A DNA stretch of 64,000 nucleotides, from NCBI RefSeq assembly GCF_002087085.1, contig NZ_MWQY01000019.1, positions 1 through 64,000 of the forward strand. Reading direction: 5' to 3'. The notes below the pieces were generated by a model. The model had not been told where the DNA came from. It ran no database searches and saw only the letters and a list, made by a program, of their open reading frames with translations. Made by a program: the position numbers and the translations under genes. Shown piece by piece: positions 1 through 9,741 of the stretch; positions within the stretch are counted from its first letter, which is position 1, and each line of letters starts with the position of its first letter.

Positions 1-112
1 ATAAAAATTTACCTATCGCTCTTCGAGCCGACTGCCTGTGCATAACTATGTGCGCCGGCCCTGGGATAATATGATCTGGAAGCACCGGCGGCTTTGGTAT
101 AAACTACATGCT

Positions 113-865
113 ATGAAACGAGCCTGCGGATCCTGCCTGTACCCTGCTCCGGTGAGCCTTCTTCTTGTACTGGTACTGTTTACTGCCCTTTCTTCAGACC
201 TGTATGCCCAGACAGCAGCGGGACCTGCTGCCGCGGAGTCCCTGTCGGTAACCGCCGACCAGCGTGCGGCCCTGGCGGGAGAGATATCCCAGCTCAGAAT
301 CCTGCCCCCAGCCCTGGTACAGAGCAGCTTCGCGCAGGTTCCCCGGCATCGTTTTATCTCGGGATCCCCCCAGGCCCTGGCCTATACCAACAGCCCCCTG
401 CCCCTCGGGGCCGGTGCATTGATACCCAGCCCGGAGGAACATGCCAGGATGATTGCCGCGGCGGGAGACCTTTCGGGCACGTCGGTTCTGGTTGCAGGAC
501 CGGAATCGGGGTATCTTGCAGCCCTGGTTTCCAGAATAGCCGGGAAGGTTGTTCAGGTTGAGTTTCTCCCTTCCCGGGCCCAAAGTTTTACAGACCTCTT
601 TGTGGAACTGGGTTACGACAATATTGAAGTAGTAAGCGGAAAGGAGCTTCTTGAGCAGGATACGGTGAACCGCTACGACAGGATTCTTCTGGCCTACGGA
701 ACGGAGAATATTCCGCTCCCCCTGATAGCCCGGCTCAGCCAGTCGGGTACCCTGGTGGCGGTTCTCAGCTATCAGCAGGGAGAACAGCTCCTGGTCGAGT
801 ACCGCAGGGTGCGTAACGGCGCCTCTCTTCGCGTTGTGGATCGGGTGTTTTTTCCGGCGGAATGA
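113..865 (+). CDS. Protein-L-isoaspartate O-methyltransferase-like protein with N-terminal signal/TM segment
   Basis: VPRHRFI, AYTNSPLPLG and SGYLAA motifs resemble the PCMT family; hydrophobic N-terminus; ATG at 113 preferred over GTG at 38. Confidence 0.65.
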   Translation: MKRACGSCLYPAPVSLLLVLVLFTALSSDLYAQTAAGPAAAESLSVTADQRAALAGEISQLRILPPALVQSSFAQVPRHRFISGSPQALAYTNSPLPLGAGALIPSPEEHARMIAAAGDLSGTSVLVAGPESGYLAALVSRIAGKVVQVEFLPSRAQSFTDLFVELGYDNIEVVSGKELLEQDTVNRYDRILLAYGTENIPLPLIARLSQSGTLVAVLSYQQGEQLLVEYRRVRNGASLRVVDRVFFPAE

Positions 866-2101
866 TTATTTTCGCAGGTTCATGGAGCCCTGGCGCCGGG
901 CTTTTTCGATCTTCTCCATCTTGCGGTAGTACTTGGCCTGCTTTTCGATCTCTTCTATGTCGGAAACATAGACATGATTATCCACGATCTTTACCTTGGA
1001 ATTCTGAAAGAGTTTCTGTAAAACCAGATTCAGTTCTTCCTTCGGAAGGCCCACCATGTTGCCCAGTTCCCTGGGACCAAGATCGAAGGTATAGGCCTCC
1101 GAGGAGATGGGGATCCTCAGTTTTTCAAGCTGAATAAGAAGAGCGTCATAGAGCCGTCCCACAGGGTCGGAGAGCTGGGTATTGGCAAGCTGCTTGTAGA
1201 TGAACCAGATGCGCTCGGAGAGGATCTGGGTAAGTTTCGAAATCAGCTGGGGTTGATTGGAGACCATGCGGGTAAAGTTGGCCTTGTTTACAGCCATAAG
1301 GACCGTATCCTCATGAGCAATGGCCGAGGCGGAACGGGGCTTGTCTTCCAGCAGGGACATCTCCCCGAACATGTCACCGGCCTTCAGAAGCGCCAGCATG
1401 ACCTCGTTGTCATTCTGGATCTTGGTGATTTTGACACTTCCCTTCTGGATTATGTACATCTCTTTTCCAGGCTGAGCTTCGGAAAAGATCATGGTGTTCT
1501 TCGGGTAACTCCGGGTGAACTCCTCACCCTGGATGTCCAGATACACCGCCTTGGCGTAGGGTTGTATCTTTGCCATCCTCTCCTTGGCAAGGTTGACGTT
1601 CTGTCCCCTGGGAGAGTTGACGATATACTGGTGATAGGCGTAATAGGCCAGATTGTACTGACTCTGGCGGGCGTAATACTCGGCAACCCGAAAAAGATGA
1701 GCGATGTCCTCGGAATCGCCGCTTTTCAGGGTAAGACGGGCAAGAGCGGCATCCAGATAGCGCATCTTTTTAGAGAACTGCTGAATAATCTTCATGGCCA
1801 CCGGAGCGTTCCGCTCTATCAGAAGCCCGTACTGCTCCCGACGCACGGCTATGAGGGTGACATCAGTTATGGCCTGGGCGGTTTCAATGTGGCTGTGGGA
1901 CGACATTGTCGAAACGACACCGAAAAAATCTCCCGGTGCGAGGATGTTTCCTCCTTCTTCTTCGACAACCTCAACCTCTTTGCTGATACTTACCTTACCG
2001 GAGCGAATTATATAGAAGCAATCTGCTTTCTGCTTCCCCTCGACAATTATATAAGCTCCCTTTTTAAAGTTGACCAGCGACAGCTGTAAAGGATTATTCA
2101 T
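866..2101 (-). CDS. Crp/Fnr-like protein with two cyclic-nucleotide-binding domains
   Basis: Two cNMP folds (PGDFFGV...; GDMFGEMSLLEDKPRSASA), a central TPR-like helical region and a C-terminal HTH-like segment. Confidence 0.85.
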   Translation of the reverse strand: MNNPLQLSLVNFKKGAYIIVEGKQKADCFYIIRSGKVSISKEVEVVEEEGGNILAPGDFFGVVSTMSSHSHIETAQAITDVTLIAVRREQYGLLIERNAPVAMKIIQQFSKKMRYLDAALARLTLKSGDSEDIAHLFRVAEYYARQSQYNLAYYAYHQYIVNSPRGQNVNLAKERMAKIQPYAKAVYLDIQGEEFTRSYPKNTMIFSEAQPGKEMYIIQKGSVKITKIQNDNEVMLALLKAGDMFGEMSLLEDKPRSASAIAHEDTVLMAVNKANFTRMVSNQPQLISKLTQILSERIWFIYKQLANTQLSDPVGRLYDALLIQLEKLRIPISSEAYTFDLGPRELGNMVGLPKEELNLVLQKLFQNSKVKIVDNHVYVSDIEEIEKQAKYYRKMEKIEKARRQGSMNLRK

Positions 2102-2210
2102 ATCGCTCCCGGTTCATATGCTACGATAAAGTATATGGCCCGCGCTATTGCTTTGTCAACGCCGACCGGCAATCCTAGTTTCGGTCAAAAGGGGCTAAAA
2201 ATGAAGCTGT

Positions 2211-3866
2211 CTACCAGCGGTCGATCACCCGTACCGGAAACCAGCGACTCTGGTAGGAAGAAATGTTCCCCACTGCCTCCTCGTGGATTGTCTGAAGGCT
2301 GTAAATGCGGCTTTTTACATTCAGCCTGCTGCCTGGATCGGTGGGCCTCAGTTCAATAATACCACGGGAGAAGGCAATTCTCCGGTTATCCACATTGGCA
2401 AAGTAATATTCCTGCGGGTCGTCCACCTCCGGTTCTTCCCCATATCCTCCATCGCCGATAAAAGGATCCGACGGAACCCAGCCGAAGCCGGGTACGTAAA
2501 ACTCGACCCAGTAATGAAAGGACGTCGTGCTGTCACCGAAAATGTAGCAGCCGCTTATTATACGCGCCGGGACTCCCGAGGCTCTCAGCATTGCGGTATA
2601 CAGACGGGCATAATCAAAGGAATCACCCTGCCTGTTCTCCAGGAATAGAGCGACCGTATCGTTCCCTGCGGCGGAAGGGGCAAAGTCTCTCGTTATGACC
2701 CGGAAGATGTTCCGCGCCTTCAAATAGGGATTGGATTCCCTGCCGATTGCCCGGGCGGACATGGTTTCAATCTCCCGGGTCGCCGAAGGAACATAGGAGT
2801 CGGGAGAGGTGTAGACCCGGTACAGGCGCCAGTCCCTGTCGTATTCACTGATTATCCGGGAGGGTACGATCCTCGTTTCCAGGGCGGTCCGGTCAAGCCA
2901 GTAGGTGACGGACACCGTATAGCGCCTCCAGGGTTCCAGCTCCTGCAGCCGGTATCTGGCAACGCCGTTGTAATCCTCCCACAGGGGAATGGGATCCCGG
3001 ACGGCCTCCAGATTATCCTGGGTAGGGGATTTCATAACATTGGGGATCCAGAGGTTCAGGGAGTTCCCGGGAGAAGCATCCGCTTCTTCTATTTCAACGG
3101 TATAGTTGATCTGGTACCCCCGCTTCTCCCTGAGTATGCGGTCTCCCGCCAGATCGGTAACCTCAAAATAGAGGGCATTGCTTACCCCCCTGTCGGTTAG
3201 CACCCGGATACTGCCGGAGGTGGCGTTATCCGGAACCCTGACCTCGATGGCCTGATCCTCCCAGCTTTCGTAATCGAAGTCGGCGAGACTGCATATAATA
3301 CCCCGGTCTATGACCTCCCGTCCCTGATCATTCTGGGCGATGGTGGAGGAAAAATAGACTCTGCCGCTGCCCTGTTCCGAGCCGAAGTTCAATCCCCGGA
3401 TACTGACTACAGAACCGATGGGGCCGCCGGGGTTGTCAAGGGAGGCGACATAGGGCATCCCCGGGGCCGCCGGACCGGAGAGCTGTTTCGGAATATGCCG
3501 GCTGTTGGTAAAGAGAACAGAGTTACTGGCTTTATTCCCGATCCTCACGTACAGCTTGCCGGATCCCACGTCCTCCGGAATCCGTACGCTGATACGGTTT
3601 TCCGTCCACTCCACATAAGAGGTGGAGTTCGGCCTGGTTCCTGCAAAGATAACCTCTGCACCGTTGCGCTCAGTTCCAAAGTGCTCGCCGCTTATTACAA
3701 GTACCTTTCCCGGGGCACCCACCTCGGGGGTGATACTCTCGATACGGGGAGACTGTTCAATCATCTGGGATGAAAATACATACAATCCGATCAGAAGCAG
3801 GAGGAAGAGAACAGGCAAACTGCGCTGGTCCTTTAACAGGTTCTTAAGAGGGGTAAATACAGCCAC
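2211..3866 (-). CDS. Membrane-anchored IPT/TIG-repeat plus transglutaminase-like domain protein
   Basis: N-terminal TM; two IPT/TIG units (ISGEHFG...W...I.VRIP; IRGLNFG...W...IEVRVP); transglutaminase core GDSFDYA...HYWVEFY...WVPSDP. Confidence 0.8.
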   Translation of the reverse strand: MAVFTPLKNLLKDQRSLPVLFLLLLIGLYVFSSQMIEQSPRIESITPEVGAPGKVLVISGEHFGTERNGAEVIFAGTRPNSTSYVEWTENRISVRIPEDVGSGKLYVRIGNKASNSVLFTNSRHIPKQLSGPAAPGMPYVASLDNPGGPIGSVVSIRGLNFGSEQGSGRVYFSSTIAQNDQGREVIDRGIICSLADFDYESWEDQAIEVRVPDNATSGSIRVLTDRGVSNALYFEVTDLAGDRILREKRGYQINYTVEIEEADASPGNSLNLWIPNVMKSPTQDNLEAVRDPIPLWEDYNGVARYRLQELEPWRRYTVSVTYWLDRTALETRIVPSRIISEYDRDWRLYRVYTSPDSYVPSATREIETMSARAIGRESNPYLKARNIFRVITRDFAPSAAGNDTVALFLENRQGDSFDYARLYTAMLRASGVPARIISGCYIFGDSTTSFHYWVEFYVPGFGWVPSDPFIGDGGYGEEPEVDDPQEYYFANVDNRRIAFSRGIIELRPTDPGSRLNVKSRIYSLQTIHEEAVGNISSYQSRWFPVRVIDRW

Positions 3867-3879
3867 GACACCACCAAGT

Positions 3880-4362
3880 TTATCGGTTTTTCTGGAGTTG
3901 AGTATAGCGGTCTACGGTTATTTCTATTTCGATTATATACGCGGTCTTCTCGGTTTTCTCATTCAGCCCCAGGGGAAAAAAGATTGCACTCTCTCCCAGG
4001 GCGATGGGGATACTGGTCATGCCGGAATAGTATTTTACATCCCTGGGCCTGTTCCGGTTATACCAGACCTCCCCCTGGGCCACAAGAAGGACCTTGTCCT
4101 CCCCCTGAAGGTAGGGAGTCAGATGCGAAATGGCAAGGACATTCCCGCCCTCAAGACGAATGTCCACGGTCCGGCCGGAGATGGTATAGGCTTTATTCTC
4201 CATCTCCCACAGAAGTTCTCCGCTGCCGGAGAGGAGCCTGGCATGGAAATCCAGATACAGTACCTGGCGAAGCAGGTCTTCCCCGCTCCCTCCCTCCTGG
4301 GCAGTGCCGAGCATCGGGAACAGCAACATCAGAGCAAGAACAAGAAATCCCGTGGGCCTCAA
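3880..4362 (-). CDS. Hypothetical exported protein
   Basis: Signal-peptide-like start; GGGAG upstream of TTG at 4362, just after the anti-sigma stop codon; operonic position. Confidence 0.6.
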   Translation of the reverse strand: MRPTGFLVLALMLLFPMLGTAQEGGSGEDLLRQVLYLDFHARLLSGSGELLWEMENKAYTISGRTVDIRLEGGNVLAISHLTPYLQGEDKVLLVAQGEVWYNRNRPRDVKYYSGMTSIPIALGESAIFFPLGLNEKTEKTAYIIEIEITVDRYTQLQKNR

Positions 4363-4363
4363 G

Positions 4364-4906
4364 TTATTCTCCCTGGCGATAATCCGCTGCCCGCAGCAGC
4401 TGCGGTTCCCCCAGAACAAGGAAGACCGGCTCCTCGGGGAGTTGTATCGTTATATTAAGGCTCTTTTCGTGTCTGGACAGATACTCCAGGAGTTCTTCCG
4501 TGCTGGTGAACTGGTGGTCCTCCGGGATTGCGGCAACCGCTCCTCCCTGGTCCATATAGCCCCCGGTCCACAGCATCATTGTACCAGCGCCCATAACCAG
4601 GCATAAGACCGCAATCAGGGCCATGGTCGGTACAGGTATCTTTACGACCCTGAAGGGAAAGGGGTGATAGGTCCTTTGTTCGCAGGAAGACCGAACCCCC
4701 CGCCAGACGCGGTGCCGGGCTGTCTCAAGGGCATCTTCGACAACAGAATCCCCGGTATGCATGATACGGGTTAATCCCCGCAACTGACTGACTTCCCGGG
4801 AACAGGCCGGGCAGTTTTCCATATGGGAGCCCAGGGTCTCATTCCAGCCCTGTTCCAGTTCGCCGTCGATATAGGCGGATATTGTTTCTTTATCAGGACA
4901 CATCAA
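4364..4906 (-). CDS. Zinc-finger (zf-HC2) anti-sigma factor
   Basis: ISAYIDGEL...HMENCPAC (HxxxCxxC) plus one TM helix; directly downstream of the ECF sigma. Confidence 0.85.
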   Translation of the reverse strand: MMCPDKETISAYIDGELEQGWNETLGSHMENCPACSREVSQLRGLTRIMHTGDSVVEDALETARHRVWRGVRSSCEQRTYHPFPFRVVKIPVPTMALIAVLCLVMGAGTMMLWTGGYMDQGGAVAAIPEDHQFTSTEELLEYLSRHEKSLNITIQLPEEPVFLVLGEPQLLRAADYRQGE

Positions 4907-5420
4907 TTCCCTCCTGATCCAGATATTGCTGAAGCTGGTTTCTGGCCCGGAAGATCCGGACTTTTACGTTTCCCTCGGTTATACGAAGAATTTTTCCGAT
5001 TTCCTTGTAGCTCAAGCCGCCATACTCCTTGAGAATAATGGGAGATCGCAGACGGGGAGGAAGTTTTTCCAGGGCCTCCCTGACCATACGGGACGTCTCC
5101 CTTCGCAAGTACTCCTCTTCGCCGCCGGGCATCCGCGGTTGAGGTTCGTTGAATACTTTGACATTGGCCTTCTGTTCGCGTCCCTTGCGCTTCTGGTAAT
5201 TGAAACTGAGATTCTTGACAACTCGAATAAGCCAATATTTCGCATCATCTATCGTTTTCAGGGGAGTCGCCCGGTTGAAATATCGAATGAAGGCTTCCTG
5301 ACACAGGTCTTCTGTAGCGATCTTATCACCGGTTATATGATACGCCACCCGAAAAAGAACGGGAAAGACTTCCTTGTACACCCGCTCGAAGGATTCGGCG
5401 TGTTGCGCTTCGTGACTCAT
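4893..5420 (-). CDS. ECF RNA polymerase sigma factor (sigma-24/RpoE family)
   Basis: Region 2 (EDLCQEAFIR, WLIRVVKN) and region 4 (LSYKEIG...VKVRIFRAR). Confidence 0.92.
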   Translation of the reverse strand: MSHEAQHAESFERVYKEVFPVLFRVAYHITGDKIATEDLCQEAFIRYFNRATPLKTIDDAKYWLIRVVKNLSFNYQKRKGREQKANVKVFNEPQPRMPGGEEEYLRRETSRMVREALEKLPPRLRSPIILKEYGGLSYKEIGKILRITEGNVKVRIFRARNQLQQYLDQEGIDVS

Positions 5421-5447
5421 CTCTTAAACAACTCTCCACCCTGAAGG

Positions 5448-6866
5448 TTACACCTCGGCAGGTTTCACCACCGTCCCTTCGGAGGTGTCTTTGAGTACAA
5501 GTCCCTTACTGCTGAAATAGTCACGGATTTCATCCGCCCTGGCAAAATTCTTCTCCTTTCTTGCGGTGTTGCGCTCTTCAAGAAGGGACTTCTCTTCAGC
5601 GGAAAGCACATACTCACCGGGAGCCTTGACCTCACACAGCCGGAGTCCCAGAACCTGGTCAAAATCGTATAGAAGGGTCAGCGCTTCTTCCCCGGCGAGC
5701 TCCTTATCCTTCATAAGCGTCCATACCGTAGCCAGGGCACGGGGAGTGTTCAGATCAGCTTCAAGATCACTTCGAAAGGCTTCACGATACGCCATGCCCC
5801 GTTCCGACAGGGCGCTGACATCTCCGGCCGCAGCACCGGATCCCAGAAGCTCCCGGATTCTTTCCACAAGGGAGATACGGGCGGAGCGGGCGCTTTTAAG
5901 GTTATCGAAGGAGAAGCGCAGCTGTGTGCGGTAATGGGCCCCGAGAAGGAAGTAGCGATAATCCAGAGGATCGTAGCCCTCGTCAATAAGGGACTGAAGG
6001 GTAAGAAATCCTCCCTTGGATTTTGACATTTTTCCCGAATCCATGAGCAGAAACTCGTTATGCAGCCAGTAGCGGACCCACTGCTTTCCCGTTGCGGCTT
6101 CTGACTGGGCAATCTCGTTGGTGTGGTGGACCGGTATATGGTCTATGCCGCCGCAGTGAATATCGAACTGTTCTCCCAGGTACTTCATGCTCATCGCGGA
6201 ACACTCGATGTGCCATCCCGGATACCCCCGTCCCCAGGGAGAATCCCAGAGCATGATATGGTTCTCGTACTTCGACTGGGTAAACCAGAGCACAAAATCC
6301 CGGGGGTGACGCTTGTTTTCGTCAACATCCACCCGGGCCCCGGCCTGCTGTTCCTGCCGGTCAAGCAGAGCCATTCTGCCGTAATCGGTGAATTTCGAGG
6401 TGTCAAAATAGACGTTTCCCCCGGCAGTATAGGTAAAGCCCTTTTCCTCAAGCCGTCTGATAAGGGCGATCATATCGTCGACGTGTTCGGTTGCCGCGCA
6501 TGCAACGGAGGGGCGTCGGATATTGAGACGGTCGGTATCCTGGAAAAAGGCGTCGGTGTAGAATTGTGCAATATCCCACACGCTTCTGCCGCTTTCCCGG
6601 GAGCGCTTGACCATTTTATCCTCACCTTCGTCGCCGTCATCGGTCAAATGACCGACATCGGTAATGTTCATCACGTGCTCAACGCTGTATCCAAGATATT
6701 CAAGGGTCCTCCGGAGAACATCCTCGAATACATAGGCCCGGAGGTTCCCTATATGGGCATAGTTATAGACTGTAGGACCGCAGGCGTAGAACGAGACGGT
6801 CTTGTCCTTCAGGGGTATGAACTCTTCCAGGGTCCGGGTATAGGAGTTGAAAAACTGAAGTGCCAT
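5448..6866 (-). CDS. cysS: Cysteine--tRNA ligase
   Basis: CGPTVYNYAHIGN, PGWHIECSAM and KMSKS motifs. Confidence 0.97.
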   Translation of the reverse strand: MALQFFNSYTRTLEEFIPLKDKTVSFYACGPTVYNYAHIGNLRAYVFEDVLRRTLEYLGYSVEHVMNITDVGHLTDDGDEGEDKMVKRSRESGRSVWDIAQFYTDAFFQDTDRLNIRRPSVACAATEHVDDMIALIRRLEEKGFTYTAGGNVYFDTSKFTDYGRMALLDRQEQQAGARVDVDENKRHPRDFVLWFTQSKYENHIMLWDSPWGRGYPGWHIECSAMSMKYLGEQFDIHCGGIDHIPVHHTNEIAQSEAATGKQWVRYWLHNEFLLMDSGKMSKSKGGFLTLQSLIDEGYDPLDYRYFLLGAHYRTQLRFSFDNLKSARSARISLVERIRELLGSGAAAGDVSALSERGMAYREAFRSDLEADLNTPRALATVWTLMKDKELAGEEALTLLYDFDQVLGLRLCEVKAPGEYVLSAEEKSLLEERNTARKEKNFARADEIRDYFSSKGLVLKDTSEGTVVKPAEV

Positions 6867-6928
6867 GAAGATACCGTCCTTGTGGGAAACACCCCGTATG
6901 GAATAATCCGGCCAAAACAGGGTAGAAT

Positions 6929-7852
6929 ATGACGATGAATAATGTACGTCATTCAGCGGAAAGAATCAACATCGAAGGCTCAATCGAGTTCGACGTACCC
7001 ATGGCCCCCTACACGTCCTTCCGGGTCGGCGGACCGGCAGAGATTTTCATACACCCGAAAAACTGGCAGGACGTTCAGCGTGCCATGGTGTGGGCGGACA
7101 CACAAGGCCTTTCCTTTTTTCTCCTTGGCGGCGGGGCAAATATCCTTGTAGCCGATGAAGGGATTCCCGGCGTTGTTGTTCATACCCGCAGTCTCAATGG
7201 AATCGAAATTGACGGGTCCCTCGTAACAGCGGAAGCGGGGGCGGAGATTTCCCTGGTGGCGGAGAGTGCCGCCGGCGCGGATCTCACGGGGCTGGAGTTT
7301 ATCTTTCGCATGCCCGGAAGCGTGGGCGGAGCAGTCTGGATGAATGCCCGCTGCTACGGCGTCTCCCTGAACGAACGCCTTGCATGGGTGGACCTCATCG
7401 ACACGGACGGGAGGCCCGGACGCTATCATCCCCGGGAGGAGGACTTTGCCTATAAAAAGTCCCCGTTTCAGGAAGGACGGCCCGTTATTACCCGCGCAGG
7501 ATTCACACTGAAACCGGGGAGTCCCGAAAAAATCCGCGCCCTCATGGATGAACACGCCCGGGACAGGGAGTCCAAGGGACATTTTCGCTATCCCAGTGCG
7601 GGTTCGGTTTTCAAGAACGACAGAGCCTTCGGTATGCCCACGGGCAAACTGATCGATACGGCAGGACTCAAGGGAAAGCGCATCGGAGGGGCCATGATAG
7701 CCCCGTTTCATGGTAACATAATAGTGAACACGGGCTCCGCCACGGCTTCTGACATTCTGGCCCTGATACGACTGGCGGAAGAAAAGGTGGACGAAATTTT
7801 CGGCTTCAGGCTGGAGAGGGAAGTCCTCCTGGTGGGAGCCTGGAGCAGATAA
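6929..7852 (+). CDS. murB: UDP-N-acetylmuramate dehydrogenase
   Basis: TSFRVGGPA, PGSVGGAVWMNA, PSAGSVFKN, HGNIIVN, LEREV. Confidence 0.95.
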   Translation: MTMNNVRHSAERINIEGSIEFDVPMAPYTSFRVGGPAEIFIHPKNWQDVQRAMVWADTQGLSFFLLGGGANILVADEGIPGVVVHTRSLNGIEIDGSLVTAEAGAEISLVAESAAGADLTGLEFIFRMPGSVGGAVWMNARCYGVSLNERLAWVDLIDTDGRPGRYHPREEDFAYKKSPFQEGRPVITRAGFTLKPGSPEKIRALMDEHARDRESKGHFRYPSAGSVFKNDRAFGMPTGKLIDTAGLKGKRIGGAMIAPFHGNIIVNTGSATASDILALIRLAEEKVDEIFGFRLEREVLLVGAWSR

Positions 7853-7866
7853 AAGGAAGGCACACA

Positions 7867-9207
7867 ATGCGGGATCTGAACGAAATACTCTCTGAACAGC
7901 CCCATACCCCCGCGCAGCTCAACGAACTGCTCGCAGGAATTCCCCTGGCGGAGCTGATAGACCAGTGGGACAGTCTTGAGGAGGAGCAGAAAAAGGAGGT
8001 TTTTCACGCCCTGGACCGGGAAGACAAGGGAGACCTGCTGATCTCGCTGCCGGCGTCGGAACAGGCGGCCCTTACGGAGATGATCGGAGATGGGGATTTC
8101 AAGGACCTGCTGCAGGACATGGAACCCGACGACCTGGTGGACTTTATTCAGGCCGCCTCCTCGGAGGTGCGTAAAACCCTCTGGAGAAAACTGAGCCCCG
8201 AATCAAAACGGGAAATCCTCTATCTGCTGCGTTTTGACGAAGACGACGCGGCGGGTCTGATGACTCCCCGCTTTCTGGCGGTTCAGTCCCACATAAGCGT
8301 TTCCCAGGCCCTTCATTTTCTGCGCCGCAACGCCAAGAAGGTGGAAATGGTCTATTACATCTATGTGGTGGACAAGGAGCGCCGCCTCCAGGGGGTCTGT
8401 TCCCTCAAGGACATCCTGACAGCCCCGGATGACGCGATTATAGAAAACGTAATGGAAAGGGAAATAATCGCGGTGCGGGAAGATACCGACCAGGAGGAGG
8501 TCGCGAAAATCCTTGAAACCTACGATGTCATGGCCCTTCCCGTTGTGAACAGCCAGAATGCCCTGCTGGGTATCATCACCTTCGATGACATTATCGATGT
8601 TATACGGGAAGAGCAGACCGAGGACGTTTACAAAATGGGAGCCATGGAGGGAGGTCTCGACCGTTACCTGGACAGCTCTATAGTGGCTCTGGTCAAAAAG
8701 CGGGTCCCCTGGCTGATAATCCTGCTGCTGGTGGGCACCATAACCACCAATGTGGTCCATCATTACGAATCCCTGGTCATAGGAGCAGCCTTTCTGTTTG
8801 TTTTCATGCCCGTCATAACCCAGACCGGAGGTAATACGGGCAGTCAGTCATCGACCCTGATGATCCGCGGTCTTGCAACGGGGGAGATCCATTTTCGCGA
8901 CATCGGAACTGTCATGCTCAAGGAGATCCTGGTTGGGCTGATTATGGGTTTTGTAACCGGGGGTGTGATAATCCTGCGCAGCTATCTTCTGCCGCCGGGA
9001 ATTCCCCTCTTCGATGCCGCGGTAATTGGAGTCAGTCTTACCTTTGTGGTGGTATTTTCAACCTTCATCGGAGCCCTGGCACCCCTTGTAATTCACCGCA
9101 TGGGTTTCGACCCCACGGTAATGTCCGCGCCTCTGATGGCCACGGTTATAGACGTCTGCGGACTGACGATATATTTTGAGACTGCCCGGATTTTTCTGGG
9201 CCTGTAG
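7867..9207 (+). CDS. mgtE: Magnesium transporter MgtE
   Basis: MgtE N-domain, two CBS domains, GGNTGSQ, DPTVMSAPLMATVID. Confidence 0.95.
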   Translation: MRDLNEILSEQPHTPAQLNELLAGIPLAELIDQWDSLEEEQKKEVFHALDREDKGDLLISLPASEQAALTEMIGDGDFKDLLQDMEPDDLVDFIQAASSEVRKTLWRKLSPESKREILYLLRFDEDDAAGLMTPRFLAVQSHISVSQALHFLRRNAKKVEMVYYIYVVDKERRLQGVCSLKDILTAPDDAIIENVMEREIIAVREDTDQEEVAKILETYDVMALPVVNSQNALLGIITFDDIIDVIREEQTEDVYKMGAMEGGLDRYLDSSIVALVKKRVPWLIILLLVGTITTNVVHHYESLVIGAAFLFVFMPVITQTGGNTGSQSSTLMIRGLATGEIHFRDIGTVMLKEILVGLIMGFVTGGVIILRSYLLPPGIPLFDAAVIGVSLTFVVVFSTFIGALAPLVIHRMGFDPTVMSAPLMATVIDVCGLTIYFETARIFLGL

Positions 9208-9240
9208 AAGGACTCAAAGGAATAAAAGAGAGACGAGCGG

Positions 9241-9729
9241 ATGAATCAGAAAGAAAAAGAACAGATACTGCGAAACGAGCTCGAGGCGGTCCTCGAGGGG
9301 GGTAACGCCCACGACGGCTGGCAGCATAAACTGAAAAACTTTCCCCCGGATAAGATAAACAGCGGACTTCCCGGACTGCGCACCCCTGTCAGGACCCTGT
9401 TGACGCCCTGGACCCTTCTGGTCCATATGAGAATCTGCGTAAAGGATATCCTGGATTTTATTCAAATGAGGGACTACAGTCCCCTTCCTTTTCCCGAGGG
9501 ATATTGGCCCGCGGAAGAGAAGGCCCCGTCACCGGAGGAGTGGAACAGGGAACTGGAAGGTTTTGCCCTGTTGATGGCCGAAGCTGTCCAGCTGGTCCGG
9601 GACCTGAAAACGGACCTTTTCTCACCCCTGCCCCACGCGCCGGAATATTCGGTCTACCGGGAACTGCTGCTCATTGCCGACCACAATGCCTATCATCTCG
9701 GACAACTGGGACTTTTTGAGGATCTCTAG
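9241..9729 (+). CDS. DinB family protein
   Basis: Metal-binding pattern H...HNAYHLGQ in a helical-bundle-sized ORF. Confidence 0.75.
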   Translation: MNQKEKEQILRNELEAVLEGGNAHDGWQHKLKNFPPDKINSGLPGLRTPVRTLLTPWTLLVHMRICVKDILDFIQMRDYSPLPFPEGYWPAEEKAPSPEEWNRELEGFALLMAEAVQLVRDLKTDLFSPLPHAPEYSVYRELLLIADHNAYHLGQLGLFEDL

Positions 9730-9741
9730 GCCTCCGGACCT

